Assembly: GCA_965287045.1 (NCBI GenBank)
Contig: OZ336870.1
Coordinates: 110,174,001-110,238,000, forward strand
Direction of reading: 5' to 3'
Source of the DNA: Carcharhinus amblyrhynchos
Lineage: Eukaryota
Length of the DNA stretch: 64,000 bases
Numbering within the stretch: the stretch's first letter is position 1; each line of letters starts with the position of its first letter. Made by a program: the position numbers and the translations under genes. Shown here piece by piece: positions 13,715 through 28,720 of this stretch. The notes under the pieces are model-generated. The model was not told where the DNA came from. It ran no database searches and worked only from the letters and a program-made list of their open reading frames with translations.

Positions 13715-16700
13715 AAGAATATATAGTAGGACAGTGGTACTTAGGCCACCAATCTGTTCTTGGTCATGTTAAGCACCGTGAGCATTTTATATGGGGATCC
13801 ATGTACACAGATCACTAAAATGTGAGGAACAAATAATAACAGAAAAAGCTAATTAAATTCTAAGGTGAGATGACATGAATTAGGTCTGTACACCCTGACA
13901 TTTGGGAGGCTAAGAGCTGGGTAATTTGATGGAAATTTTCAGGAGTTTGAAAGGAAATGATAGAGCATCCAAATCAGAACCAGGTCATTCAGGAGAAAAA
14001 GTTAGGCAACACTTCTTCACACAAGGAATAAGACCGTGGAACTCTCTGCCACAGAAAGCAGTAGATGCTGACTTAATTGTTGGTTCAGATTTTGCTGAGT
14101 GCAGTACTCACTATTCATCTCGAGAGAAATTGCACACTAACAAGCTGCAAGGCGCAGAATTCTTCTGAAGTCAATTTGAATTCTGTGACCTCGACATGCA
14201 GTTTTCCTGACAAGATGAGCAACTGAAAGACTGATCAGCAAATCAGATTGAAGCATCCTCACAGGAACGAGGGGCTGGGTGAACTGTTCTGATCTTACCG
14301 AGTACATTAAACAGCTGTTGAAGCCTCCTCAAAGATCAATCAAGACTACAATTACGCTGATGGACAAACATCAGTCAATGCCATTGCTGCATCTATTATC
14401 CATTCTCCACATATTAAGTGCCCAGCTATTGTTACAATCACTTCCTTACTGTACATCAATGCGTGTCAGTTCGCCCGACCACAAACATCTATTAATACGC
14501 CTTTGTAATATTACAATAGGCAGAAAGATATGACACAGTGCATATACAACCAGCATTAAGCATATCTGTTACATGAATTCCAAATAAAAGCACCCAGAAC
14601 CTCCATTTTGATACCTGCATCCATCATTTTTAAGGGCAATCCTTTTGATCTGATTGGTTACAAATTCTATGCCTGCTGAAATGATGCAGTCAGCACCTTG
14701 AACCAAAGAGACAAAAGCTCACATTCAATAATGACTTTAATAAGTATAATTGAAATAATGAACACCCTCATGATGTACAACATCATTGTTGAAAGGGCAC
14801 TATATTCATGATTTTTGTTCTGCAAACCTTTATTCCTGTCTTTGTAATATGTCCAATGTTATACAAAGGAGGTACGTTTCTACATTTTAATATGATTTAA
14901 GTTACTGCTTGCTGAAAAAACAGTCATATAAAAATATATCCAAGTATACAAAGGAGTTTGTCAAACGCATTTTTCACAAAGCGAATGATATTCTGTTCAA
15001 TTCCAATGGCAGTTTCAGTCATCAATTTAGACCTTGTGAAATTGGATTGCTTTCTTCTATTCGAGGATCAGATTTGTGTATTTCAATAATGTTGTCAAGT
15101 ATTGTGGGAGATTTTAGTAGATTGTTTTAGACCTTCACTTCAAAAATTAACTTCATGCAAAGGTTGATTTTCTTGCGATATACATACCAGCTCACTCTAT
15201 CAAATGGCTTAATGTATAAACCTAGGGGCTGAGTTCAATTCTCAGCAGGTGTGAGAAATGGATGATTCTGGCTTGGCCACCAACATGCACATCCTGCTCA
15301 ATTTTCTTTCCATTGAAGCTAAAGAAAATCAAAATTGGAAGTGTATGAAGGGCAGCTGATCCGCTAATGTCAGTTTCATGTCCTCTCCCCACATTACATT
15401 GAAAGTTGAATTGCACCTCCTTCATAGAATTTTTTGGCATTGAAAACTATCACAGGAGAACAAGCTTCCTTATATGTTATGCATTAAATATTAGGTGGCC
15501 GTCGCAAGGACTAAATTCTATTTTTATGTTTATATCCCTTCTTGGTCTCACCCCTCCCTGTTGGTGCAACCTCCTTCAGCTCTGCTATCCCATCCCCGAT
15601 CTCTCTGCTCTAATCTGGCCCATGTTTATCCTCACCTTACCTTCCTTTCACTTATCATTGGCCATCTAATCAGTTCTCATCCTCTGGGAAAGCCCTCCCT
15701 CAATCCCTCATCCCCTGGTTCTTCACCTTTAACCAAGCTTTTGATCAGGCCTGCTCATATCTCCTTTTGTTTCTGCTTTGATTTATTTACGAATGCACCT
15801 CCTTGAGATGTTTTTCTGCTTTAAAGTTGTTACATAGATACATGTTGCTTTTGTTGTAATATACCTGAGAAGACCAAGGTGTGTGTACCTTGATTGTAAA
15901 GATGAATTGACGAGAGTACATGAAAATAGCTCTCATGTTGACACATAATTGAATTGGGAGACATCTCATAACTGGGTTTGTTTCCCACGATGTAGCTGCC
16001 AGGGATACTGAAGATATTTAATCTTTTCTTTGAAAGAAGACATTTGCAGTATAATGGATTCAAAAGTGCAAACATCTGAGGTGCAGGCAGGCCCAGGTTT
16101 TGCTCATGTATTGACCTCTGTCCTAATATTCATCACAAGTGATGACAAAACGCATTGTAAATCCATTTTAACAGCAAGAAAAATCTTTTCCAGAAAAAAG
16201 TCCCATAAAACACACACAAAAAAATTTAAAACACTGGATGTTCTAATTCTTAACTGTGAGAATGTTTGCCCCACTATTCTAATTGCAGCAAAGGATAAGA
16301 GGATTCAGTGTTCAAAGCTCATCTTTTGGAGTGTGGGGCAAGTTGAGAGTATAATGCTCAGGGGTCTACAATGTAACCTGTGGACGCTGACTAGACGCAT
16401 ATCCCAAAAAGGAGAAGACATTGCAAAATCATCAGGGTTAATATATAATACTTTACAAAAATGTAATATATATTACATATAATATACAATATAATATATT
16501 ACAAAATATATAACATATTACAAAATGTGTTGCAAATTATTACAAGATATTTCCTTTTCCTATTAATTTTTGTGTATTTTTTTAAATTACAATAGCTAGT
16601 AAACCTTCATGAAACCAGAGGGAATAATTCTTTGGCCAATCTGCATGACTTTAAGGGTGTATACATATATCTAAAAAGGAATTGACTGTAGAGATACCTC

Positions 16701-16818
16701 TAGAACTAAATATGACAAGAATGTTGTTATTACAGTGTACTTTAATACATTAAAAGCTTAAGCTTGATTTATCTTTGTTCATCTCCTTCATCTTTAAATG
16801 TAGCTCATCTTCCAGTAA

Positions 16819-17049
<231 letters not shown>

Positions 17050-17189
17050 TAAGTACTAGTCTTCAGTTGTTTATCAGAACAATTTGGTGGAAATGAACCA
17101 AAGAAATGCTTGAATGGAATCTCTAAACATCTGAATTGAAACTCAAAACCCCCAAACCTACATGTTTTAGAATTTGTTCTCATGAAAGT

Positions 17190-17472
17190 CAGTTTATTTA
17201 TTAATGTCACATGTAGGCTTACATTAACACTGCAATGAAGTTACTGCGAAAATCCCCTGGTCGCCACACTCTGGTGCCTGTTTGGGTAATTGAGGGAGAA
17301 TTTAGCATGCCCAATGCACCTAACCAGCATGTCTTTTGGACTGTGGGAGGGCACTACAGCACCTGGAGGAGACACAGAGAACATGTAAACTGCACACAGA
17401 CCCAAGCCGGGAATCGAACCCGGGTCCCTGACGCTGTGTGGCAGCAGTGTTAACCACTAAACCACCGTGCTA
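17190..17472 (-). mobile_element. V-SINE variant with a different (L2-like) tail
   Basis: tRNA head and partial V domain on the minus strand. The tail cttcattgcagtgttaatgtaagcctac...aataaataaact is also seen at 20965-21015. Confidence 0.8.
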
Positions 17473-18497
17473 CCTAAACTAATTTTAAAGAACTATTCCT
17501 GACACCTCTTATCAAACACCACTTTTTATATTTTGTCAAACTTGTGTGGTAAATCCCCACAATCATACAATCGATGCATGTTTGATTTATAACTGTGCAG
17601 TAAAATGAAAACAACATGGGAAAGGCTAAAAATTTACTGCAGGGACACCAACAGCTTGTAGTTATATCAAAAATGCAAGAGATTGAGAATGTTTTTATGA
17701 AAGCTTTTCAATTTCCATGAGGATAACCTTGTTCTAAGTCAACCAGCAGTGTGGCCCAGCCCCATGGCAATCAGCCAGGTCCAGGATATGACACGTCCAA
17801 CCCAAACTGCAAGTTTCTATTGGAATCTGGTTAGAAAGGATCTTGTCTGTTAACCCCAAAGATGGTCACTGAAGCTGAAGTGGCCATGGGTAAGAGAAGA
17901 GAACGCCAGTCTCGTGATGATGAAAGCAGTTTGGGTTGAGACTTCTGGTTGTTGAACAGCTGAGTAAACCATTCCAGAGTTCACCCTCCATAGGTTGTTT
18001 GAGTAGTAAAAATGCAGCCCACCAGTGGTTTGTGGCCTGAATCATGAGCTGGTCCCCAGTCAAAATCCTGTCCTCATGATTTCTTAATAGCAGCTTATAA
18101 GGAATAACCATTTGGAGCCAATTGCAGCATTTCCAAATGGTCAGTGCTGCTTTTACCATATTTGTCTACGCACCACACTTTTTCTGACAGGTTCCTAAGA
18201 TGCCCCCATAATGTTGTGGGTGCCCAACACTGCTGTGGTAATTGGGTGACCTCATCCTGACCTCAGCAAGGTCTGGGCAGAATTGATTTGCACCCACTCC
18301 CGACACTAACTTCAACAATGCAGCACCAAGGATTTTCTGCTGTCTAATGTATTGAAACTAGTAGAGGTTTTGAATGAAGAGTTAGGGCCATTGCATAGAA
18401 GATGATCAATGCATAAAATATAAAAGGGTTTTCATTAGGCATTTGAATGGGTTTCTCACTAGAAGTTACACTACAAGTCAAAAATGAAGGCAGATAG

Positions 18498-18758
<261 letters not shown>

Positions 18759-19209
18759 TGACTCACCTTATCTGAGTCCTTCAGAAAGAAAAACCTATAT
18801 GCTTACCACTGCATCCAATTGACTCCTCAGTGACAGCGTGGGCTGAGTGATAGAGAAAATGGGATGGGGAGATTTTCCAACACTGTTCCTTCACATCCAC
18901 AGTGTACCCGGTCCACCACTCCGCTTGTCCATCATACCTTATTTGCATGATACTGGGACAGAGCGGGTCAGAGAAAACAACTTTCCTGGCCCAGTATAGC
19001 CAACCTCAGGTAAGACTTGCAAAGGGGTAACAGGTTGGGGTTGGACACACGTACCACTTTGATCATCCCTCTCATACAGATTCAGGAAATGTCAGACAAA
19101 CATTTTCTCTCCTCCATGGAGTGAAGAAGGTGTGTTGACATTTTGGAACATTTTTAAAAAATAAATTTTGACTAAATGGATTTTTCTTTCCCTATTGGCG
19201 ATCAATTTG

Positions 19210-19545
19210 TCAGAGTGAGAATAATGAAGAGAATAGCAGAATAATGAACAGCCGTGTCCAAAAGCAAAGAAAAGAAAAACAAGGTTAAGACAAGCATGTG
19301 TTTAACAAGATGTAGAAATAAAATTTCTGGTCAGAGATTATGGTCTGAAATCGTTGAACTCAATCTTGAGTTTAGAAGGCTGTGAAGTGCCTAATTGAAA
19401 GATGAAATCTGGACCTTGAACTGGAACTAAATCCCGATAAAATGTGGCGACAATAGGAAATATAAACCTCAATGATAATATGATGTTATCAGTGTGAGAA
19501 GAAATTTGACTTGGTAACAAAACAGCATGATGGTCAGGAAGCATG
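19210..19545 (-). mobile_element. Penelope-like element fragment (GIY-YIG C-terminus)
   Basis: ORF 19338-19544 ends FIFQLGTSQPSKLKIEFNDFRP*, homologous to the fragment at 10692-10885. Confidence 0.7.
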
Positions 19546-20578
19546 GAATTACAATACAGAATGATTGGCTATATTGTAAATAGCTGGATGAGGGAACATA
19601 CTACAGAAGTGTAATAACATAACAAATTATCTTGCTTTATAAACTTCTTGAGCTTCATTCTTTGGCTTTCTAACATAATCTTGGGCTCTTATACCCAAAT
19701 CCAAGTAATGTTTTTTTTTCCTCTAGGGGCCAAGTTTTGATTGCTCAATTCTCTTTGATTAGCTTAGATATTGTCTGAAGATGAACTATAATGTTCAAGG
19801 AACTGTCAGATGAATCAATCTCTCCATTCACTATATGTCAGTATTCACCAACTGTCAACTGCTCTCTTTTATTTCTGTAGAGGCTTTGGAGCAATTACAG
19901 AGGTTTTAAGAAAGTGAAGATAATTTGTTAGGAAGGACACGAGTCTTTCAAGTAAATATCAAAAGTTTCAAAGGCAACTTCAATTTTGAAAATCAAACAG
20001 AACTCCAGGTTAGAATGTAGATCCGTCAATTTCTGCCTAAATTAGCCAATCTGAGTTGCAGTTGGGATACCACAATTGATCATCGTACCCTTGGACTCTT
20101 TCATGGTTTATTTCCCTGATAGTTAAAGATCATGTGGCATGGAAGATGGCCATTTGGCCCATCAAACCCATACTGGCTCTCTGCAGAATAATGTAGTTAG
20201 TCCCATTTCCATACTGTAGTCCCATATGTCATGTGAAGATGGGATTTGGCCTGGGTTTGATGTCCCATCTGGAATGCTTCCAAGTATTGTCTAAACTCAT
20301 GCAGAAAAATAAGCCACTTAGACAAATTGTTTGTTGCTTGGGAGTCATATCCAAGTATAACATCATAGGGAAAATGTTAGAAACTATTATTAAAGTTAGA
20401 AACTATTATTAAAAGTCTTCACAGGAGGAGAAACAGCGGGATTTGCTTCATATCAGATAGATTTTTTAGGATCCACTGGTTGTTCAGCCCTAGGTTCAAT
20501 CTGCCCATTTAAGATGGATGATAAAAGCAATGTAACTATGCAGCAGCAAGAGGAATCTTAAAGGCATGCATTTACTTT

Positions 20579-21022
20579 GGGCAACACAATGGCACAGTGC
20601 TTAGTGCTGCTGCCTCACAGCACCAGGGACCTGGGTTTGATTTCCAGCTTGGGTCACTGTCTGTGTGGTGTTTGCACATTCTCCCCGTGTCTCATGGGTT
20701 TCCTCCGAGTACTCCGGTGTCCTCCCACCGTACAAAGATGTGCAGGTCAGATGGATTAGTCATTCTAAGTTACCTCTTAGTGTATCAAGATGTGTACGTT
20801 AGGGGTAAGTACGCGGGGTTATGGGGATAGGGCCTGGGAACGATGCTCTGTTGGAGAGTTGGATGGGCCAAATAGCCTTCTTCTGCACTGTGGATTCTAT
20901 GATAAACTCCCTCAGTGTGCCCAGGCAGGTGCTAGAGTGTGGCAACTAGGGGATTTTCACAATAACTTCATTGCAGTGTTAATGTAAGCTTATTTGTGAC
21001 ACTAATAAATAAACTTAAAACT
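20579..21022 (+). mobile_element. V-SINE (HE1-like, to ~20902) followed by an L2-like LINE/SINE tail
   Basis: ggcacagtgcttagtgctgctgcctcacagcaccagggacctgggtttgat head, V domain and CR1 tail ggattctatga, then the ttcattgcagtgttaatgtaag...aataaataaactt tail. Confidence 0.88.
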
Positions 21023-21993
21023 TACTTTGTGTTATTTTGAACTGCCATTATTCTCTCAGAGGTGAGGATGGGGGATGTTGAAGAACATCAACCAAGCAAT
21101 GCCAGGGAGATCAGCTGGTTACCCCCTCATTTTAGCATCAAGCATATCAGCAGTCTAGAAGTCAGGGCACCTTTTATCCCAGAATAAATGAGAGGAGATT
21201 CCTCTGCAGAGCTATCACATCTAAACATACCTGCCAATGTATGCTATAGATACAGCATGCTGCTGGTGGCAGTAAGCCATCTCCTCCCCCATCTATTATG
21301 CCTGTGCAGAACTAGATTGAGGATTACATGTAGCTTCAATCAATTTGCTCTCCTTATTGTATCAAGCTAGTGATTGCAGCATCATTTACTTTATCATCTT
21401 TCCCACTGAACAAACATGTCATGACTTTCCAATATCCAATAATTGCTGCATTTCCCAACACTACCAAAATTGTTGTAAGCACAATTTGGAAGGAAGCACT
21501 AACATTGTGAATTTGTGTGCTTGTGCAATTAAACTGCCACACTTGCTGCTGTTACTAAAGTGATGGGTTCATCTGGCCCAAAGGGAGCAAGTGTTCCTGG
21601 AGGGATTGCAGTAACTAAGCTAGAGTTTTCATTCACAGGCCAGTCGTTTCCTTTTCTCTTCCACATTTTTTGGCACAACAGGAACTACATTCAGTGTGAC
21701 TCTAGCACAGAGCATGGCATAAGAAGATCACCAAAAGCAGGAAAGCGCTGTCAGTGGTGTCAGGTGACATATACATGGTCTTAAACTCTGCTGCTCCATT
21801 ACATGAGGGCACAGCAGCCTGGTAAAGATAGTGCAGGTAAGGAGGCTGACATTTATCAAGGAGGCATGACCGAGATATGCCATTGCCTTCTGAAAGATCA
21901 CTATATAATGAGTAAAACGCTATTAACAATTAAAGTTAGTGTGGCCTTGATTTTCATGCATTATTTGATTTCTACTCGAATACTGGTTGGGTG

Positions 21994-23275
21994 TAACATC
22001 ATAGAGAAAATGTTAGAAACTATTATTATTGCAGCTGTAGCAGAGAACGTAGATAAGTTCAAAGCAATCAGGCAGAGCCAACATGGTTTTGTGAAAAGAA
22101 AGTCATATTTAACCAACCGACTGGAGTCTTTTTAAGGAAGTAACTTGTGCTGTGGATTATGTTCTTATAAAGGAGAACAGGTGGATGTACTGCACTTAGA
22201 TTTCCAAAAGGCATTTGACGAAGCGCTGCATCAGTGGTCATTGTGGAAAATAAATCTCGTTGTATAGGAAATAACATATCGGCATGGATATTGGTTAGCT
22301 AACAGGAAGCACAGAGTAGGCATAAATGGGCCTTTTTCAGGTTGGCAACAATGGTTTAACATGGGGATCAGTGCTGAGATCTCAACTCAACTGCTCACAA
22401 TTTAAATAAATGACTTGGATGAGGGGATGGATGGGATGGTTACCAAATTTGCTGCTGACACAAAGATAAGTAGGAAATTAAGTTGTGATGAGGACATGCG
22501 GAGATATAAGGGGTTAGGTGAGTGGGCAAAGAACCGTCAAATGTAGTATAATGTTGGAAAATGTCCATTTTGGCCCAAAGAATGAAAGAGAGGTTTATTA
22601 TCTAAATAATGAAAGATTACAGAGCTCCGAGGTGCAGAGGAATCTGGATGTCTTACTCCATGAATTGCATAAGGCTAGTATGCAGGTACAGCAAGTAATT
22701 AGGAAAACTAATAGAATATTATCATTTATATATGCTATTATCAAGTAAGGAGGTCATGCTTCAGTTATATACAGCACTAGTCAGATCATATTTGAAGTAT
22801 TGTGTACACATCAGTCACCTTATTTAAGGAAGGATGTAAATGCGTTTGAACCAGCTCAGAGAAGGTGTACCAGGCTAATACCTGGAATGGGCAGGTTGTC
22901 TTATGAAGAAATGTTGAACAGACGACATTTGCATCTGCTGGAGTTTAGAAGAGCAAGAAGTGACTTCATTGAAACATGTAAGATCCTGAGGAGTCTTGAC
23001 AGGATGAATGTGGAGAGGATGTTTCCTCTTGTGGGAGTATCTAAAATTAGGGGTCATTGTTTAAAAATAAGTTGTCACCTATTTAAAATGGAAAGGGGGT
23101 GAATTGTTTTCTCTCAGAAGGTTGTGGATCTTCAGAACTGTGTTCTTGAAAAGGAGGCTGAAGCAGAGCCTTTGAACATTTTTAAGGCAGAGGTGAATAG
23201 ATTCTTGGTAAACAAGGGGCGGGGGGTGAAAGGTTATCAGGGATAGGCATGGTGCAGATTTGAAGTTACTATCAG
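21994..23275 (+). mobile_element. Decayed CR1 LINE (reverse transcriptase to 3' end)
   Basis: ORF pieces EKMLETII..RQSQHGFVKRKSYLTNRLE, LDFQKAFD, LQSSEVQRNLDVL and LSYEEMLNR..LEFRR, with many stops and frameshifts. Confidence 0.9.
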
Positions 23276-23941
23276 ACTGGGCACAGTAACTTGTGCATTT
23301 TCTAACACCTGTCCTCTACTGCAGCAAACACAGCTCCGGAGTGAGGCTCCTAAACAACAGCAGACAACACACAGCACAAAGCTGACGATCACAGCGTAAA
23401 TCAGCATCTTATGAAACAGAAAGCTGTCACTAATGGCTGACTGCTGTGCACCCAAAGCCCAATATGTCGCTCCTACTGGCTTGTGAGAACAGTAACATCT
23501 TTAGATCAGCTAACCCAGCATAGGAAACCAATGAACCCATAAACAAAATAAGCCAGAGAAAGCCAATCTGAACTCTATACACATAGTATGGTGACAGATA
23601 ACACAGCTGATGGGAAGAAACAAAATCCAGAGACAAAGTGTAACATTTTCATCAGTATAATGCTTTTTGAGCTGTCAGCTAGCTCTTTTTGGGGCTGCAT
23701 CAGCTGTTATGCAACTGTTTGTCATTGTTTCTGGGTTCTGTAGGTTGGCATGTATTAACTCACTGTTAACCCATTGATTATACAGGAACAGGAATTTCTA
23801 AGATATAAAAATTAATAATGCAGCTTGGGGATGATTTTAAAAAGTAGATAGTTCTGTCTCTCCTAATGAGCAATAGCGAGATGGACTAAAATGCACACTT
23901 CTATACCATGCTGTGTAATATATGTGTCCTTTATTTTGTAG

Positions 23942-24005
23942 CCTCCTCCTCAGATCTATGATAAACAGCTTGATGAAAGAGAGCACAGTATAGATGAATG
24001 GAAAG
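23942..24005 (+). CDS. MAPK10: MAPK10/JNK3 coding exon, 64 nt
   Basis: Translates PPPQIYDKQLDEREHSIDEWK(E), with ttttgtag and gtaatg boundaries and consistent phase. Confidence 0.97.
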
Positions 24006-24237
24006 GTAATGTGAAACATTGGATATAATCATGATCATATGCAAGTTGATAATCTTAAATAAAAATTTCCAAGCAAGATGAATATTACCATCTTCACTAA
24101 ATTATGAAAAATGATGGATAGATAGGTGTAAATCAATTGAATTGAAAATAAGTGCTTTCTATAACAACCAGACTCAATCTGCAGCACCAGTGCTGTGCTT
24201 GAGCACAATCTGAAAAACCTACTGCGTCATATTTACT

Positions 24238-24350
24238 GGGCGGGATTCCCTGGTCTTGTCCGTGGCGGGACCCGTTGCGAGCGAGAACAGAAAATTTGGC
24301 GTTCCAGCCAAAACTCCATTCACTCTCAGCAGCGATGGAAAATCCCAGCC
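24238..24350. mobile_element. Short GC-rich MITE-like element
   Basis: Imperfect inverted termini gggcgggatt...aatcccagcc. Related short elements at ~27254-27380 and ~40481-40583. Confidence 0.5.
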
Positions 24351-25171
24351 GAAAATGAGGATGGAAGATTTCAGCCACTGTCTGTAAACATACAGTAAGA
24401 AACAAAAGATACATGTTTACAAAGATACAAGCAATACATGTTTAAGTTACTTGCTGATACTGGCCTCGATTAAGTGAAACAATGTACACATAGAATTTAT
24501 CCCAAAGGAGCAGAATATAGGAAATAGGAACGTGTTATTGAGATTACTAAAGAGACCCTTGATTTCAATGTCAGAATAATTCGTGGGCATTACACTACAG
24601 ATTTTTAAAACAAAAGGACTCCTGCACTCCCTGTGACAGCTGAAGCCCTACCTCAAGTCAATCACATTAGAGATGGGGAGCAGAGCATTGAGGAAAAAGA
24701 TGGCGTTGAATTTCCACAGAATTGATAGTGGGCCATGTGGCTCAGCCTATCATTCCAAGCTGTCCCCTGAAAACCCAATACCAAATCCAGTGAATGGGGA
24801 ATAGGATACTTTAAATATTAGAGGCAAGTGCCCATTCCTTTAGTGGCAGAATTGGACCAGCCATCTCATGGAGGTGGTACATAACAGGCCTGCCTGAGCA
24901 GGAATGGCCAAGAGCCAGACTTTGCACAGTAGATCGGATAGATCTCCCCTACACACATCCTCGCCCCAAGTAAGAATCAAGAAATTTCCTTAAAGGGTAA
25001 GCACTTGCTTTCTCCTTTGATAGGGCCTTCAGTAGGTCCAGATCAGAGCGTATGATGACTCTTGCAAGAGTATATGCCCTGCTCAGTGTATTAGAACGTG
25101 CTGGCTGGAATTCCTGAGGTGAACTTGGAAGGTTCCCAGCCATGACGCCAGATTTGCTGTGTAGCATGATC

Positions 25172-25475
25172 ATCATAGAATCTCTACAGTGCAGAAGGAG
25201 GCCACTTGGTCCATCGAGCCTGCATTGACAACAATCCCACCCACACCCTATACCAGTAACCCATAACCCCTGCTAGTTGCCCTGACACTAAAAGGCAATT
25301 TTGGATGGCCAATCCAACTAACCCACACATCTTTGGACTGTGGGAGGAAACCAAAGGAACTCCATGCAAACACAGGGAGAACGTGCAATCTCCACACAGT
25401 CCCTCAAGATCGGAATTGAACCTGGGTCGCTGGCACTATGAGGCAGCAGTGATAACCACTGTCACTGTGCCACCC
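25172..25475 (-). mobile_element. V-SINE (HE1-like)
   Basis: Same tRNA head, V domain and CR1-like tail on the minus strand. Confidence 0.9.
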
Positions 25476-26069
25476 TTTGAATGATAGAGTGTAATTTTTA
25501 AACTTAAGTTCAATGTGGTGAACACTCAGCCAATCCTTCCACCCGAAACAACAGATCCCTTTCCTGAATTGAAGGAAGGTGGGGGCACAATTTCAGATCC
25601 CCCTCCCCCCCCAACTGCCCCACCCCACAGACACACACATTCTCCATTTTTGAAATTATTCCTCTAATCTTCCTTGCTACAAAATAGCCTACAGTTACTA
25701 AGCAAATAGGATTCACAACCATTATCTGCCATTGATGATGGGTACACTTTTGGGTCAATGTAATACCTTGCTAGCGTCAAATGAACTGATACCTAAATAG
25801 GCAGGCCAAGCTCCAAAGATAATGTGATTTTGCCTCCCAGGAGAAACATCATGTCAAAGTGATTGAAACGCCAGGGTATTGTTTAATGTGACTTGTGTAA
25901 GTACTGAGTGCCTGCTCACGGTATAGATGATTAAATTGGTCAATGTTCGTGTTCACTCTAGGGGTAGCCTATGTAGATACTGTTATGGTAATATCGTTTC
26001 TGTAGTAAAAACCACCAAGAGTCACAAGAAATAGATATGCTAAATTGACCTGATTTCTGTTTTTGACAG

Positions 26070-26147
26070 AATTAATCTACAAGGAGGTGATGGATTTTGA
26101 GGAGAAAACTAAAAATGGTGTTGTGAAGGGGCAGCCGTCTCCCTCAG
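26070..26147 (+). CDS. MAPK10: MAPK10/JNK3 penultimate coding exon, 78 nt
   Basis: Translates (E)[25 protein letters not shown], with tttgacag and gtaaat boundaries. [16 protein letters not shown] is JNK3-like. Confidence 0.97.
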
Positions 26148-28294
26148 GTAAATCCAATAACCCTGTACACAAATAGTAAGGTTTATTCTCAGATGTTGTT
26201 TTATATACAGCCTATTCAGCCATTTTCCATTGTTTCCATTAGTATATTCCAGAATTGCATTTAATCATCAATTTATAGTTTTCAGCAACTGAAAGGTTAT
26301 TTGTTTTATCATAAACCACCAGAAAAGAACAAAAATGACACTTCAGTAAGCAAGGTAACAGCACAACAAAGAAGAAGATTGGCGCATTGCTCATATTTCT
26401 AACATGGGGCTGAATCTTCTGCTCCATGGTTGGTGATTCTTCCATTTCTGGACACTAGAGGGCAGTAAATAGTTTGCAATGCAGTGATTTCCTTCTCGCA
26501 AACAGGCACAAACGAAGAATTCACATAACTGATGCCGTAAAATATGTCTTTACCAATGTGTTTGAAACATTTTCAGATTTTTAACATTTTTCGCTTGTGT
26601 GATGACTACCTCATCAACTTTTTCACCTTTTTCAGGATGGGGCATTGCTGCAAATGTTGGAAATTTCTGTCCATAAGTAAGCTCCAACTAATTAATAAAT
26701 GAAATGTGCAGGTTAACTGATGGGGTGGAGTTCATTGTTAATTCCAGTGGAAAAGTTGATACTCTCATATCTCCTTTTAGTCTAAAATTAGTTAAACGAG
26801 GAAAATATCATCCTCCCAAGTGCATTACTGATTTAGGGCTCTGACATATAAGGAACATTTTCATTTTCCTGTCCCTTTGCCTTTAAAAGCTTTCTATAAA
26901 TATAACTTAAGCAATCTGGTTTGAAGTTAAATAAATTTTTGCTTTCTTTAGAAATTCATTTTAAACTTGATTATGGTTTTCATGAAGATTAATTTTTAAG
27001 CTATTTTTCTCCTTTTTCAATCATTTTTGTTAGGCTATCAGACCCCTCTGTTATCTTGATTATTTCTTTTCCCCCCTCACTTGATAGGATGGGTTGGTTA
27101 AATGTAATTAACATTTTGAGGTGGAAAGCTTATTAATATTTCCAGTATTCACCTAGTTGATTCTGCCCACTCGCATGCCCACCCTCAGCTGAGAGTCTCC
27201 AGTCTTGCCTGCATTATAGCAAGGAACAGAAACAGATGAATTGGGGTAGACCTTGGCTGGGATTCTCTGACCTCGCCCGCGGCTGGGATTCTCTGGTCCC
27301 GCTGCTGTGAATGAACATTTGGCTGAGTGCCACATTCTCCATTCTCGCTGGCAGCGGCGGTGACATCTGAGAATTCCAGACTTAGTGTGATAAGGCAAAA
27401 CAGGTGTTGGTGAATCGGCAGCCGTTTTATATCTCATCTGATCTTTATTTACATCGAAGTCGATGGAAATCCAAACCAGGTGAGTTGTGTAGCTTGGTGC
27501 TGAATGGATGCCTCTCCTTCGTCTTTGAGCCGACACATTCACTATGCCACCTGCAAAATATTTTTTGCATTAAAGAAAAAGGTCGGTTGAGAGATGAGAT
27601 GGTGGCATGTCTCCTGGAATGGCTTAAACTTCCCAGGCAACCGCTCAAAATCAAAGGGTTTTCCTGAAGTTCCTGATTTAACTTGGGTCTCCTCGTGATG
27701 TTACAGCTGCTAACTCATTAGCAGCATAATACATCGGCACTTGCTGTTTAAAGAATGGCATTCCGAAAATAATTCAAGAAATACCAGAATGTTATGATAG
27801 TTTTTGTGAACATTTAGTTTTCAAAAGCTATCTAATGCTCAGCCACCCTTCTAGGCTCAAATATAAGCTGCTATAAAGTGCAAGATTTATCTAAAATGTA
27901 ACGTCCTTGTTACCAACAGTTCAGGCTGGGGGGAGAATAAAGAGTGCTTACAAGTACATGTTTGCAACAGGATTTGAAAGACCAGACTGCAAGATCAGTG
28001 ACCTACATCACTACACAAGTTAGAGTGCACCAATGGTGAAACAATTACAAATATATACAGTACTTTCATATTTCATTCACAAATTATCATTGAATGTGAT
28101 TGGAGTACAGCAGTATTCTGTTTCTATACAATAAACATATAAAAAGGAAAAGCAAATTGATGAGCAGTTGGCATTTTCATATTTGGGGGGAGAAACAAGA
28201 AGATGTAGTACCACAAGAGATACCACCCCGAGTAAACATCATAACAATATTCACCTTTCACTTCAGGGGTGCATCTTTAAGAGGACATTGTTAA

Positions 28295-28720
28295 CAGAAT
28301 CACAGAAGCGCAGAAGAGACGCTTTGGCCCATCGAGTCCGTACCGATGCATGGAAGGTCCTGGCTTGCCTACCTAATCCTTTTTGCCAGCACTTGGCCTA
28401 TAGTCTTGAATGTTATGGTGTGCCAAATAGTCATCCATGTACTTTTTAAAGGATGTGAGGCATCCCGCCTCCACCACCATCCCAGGCAGTGCATTCCAGA
28501 CCATCATCAGCCTCTGGGTAAAAAGGTTTTTCTTCAAATCTCCCCTAAACTTCCCACCCCTCACTTTTTATTTATGTCCCTTCATGATTGACTTTTCAAC
28601 TAAGAGGAACAGCCGCTCCTTATCTATTCTGTCCATGCCCCTCATAATCTTGAGCACCTCACTCAAGTCACCTTTCAGACTTCTCTAATCCAAAAAAAAA
28701 CCATGCCAAGCAGCATCCTG
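28295..28720 (-). mobile_element. CR1 LINE 3' fragment
   Basis: ORF 28373-28564 (-) MRGGKFRGDLKKNLFTQRLMMVWNALPGMVVEA is the CR1 ORF2 C-terminus, followed by a 3' UTR tail. Confidence 0.85.

Noticed and set aside
16030-16482. 150-aa ORF in the U12 intron
   Set aside because: It has a non-ATG start, no recognisable domain and no splice pattern, which is consistent with chance.
20579-20650. tRNA gene (also at other SINE heads)
   Set aside because: The A/B-box-like sequence continues into SINE bodies, and no complete cloverleaf is evident.
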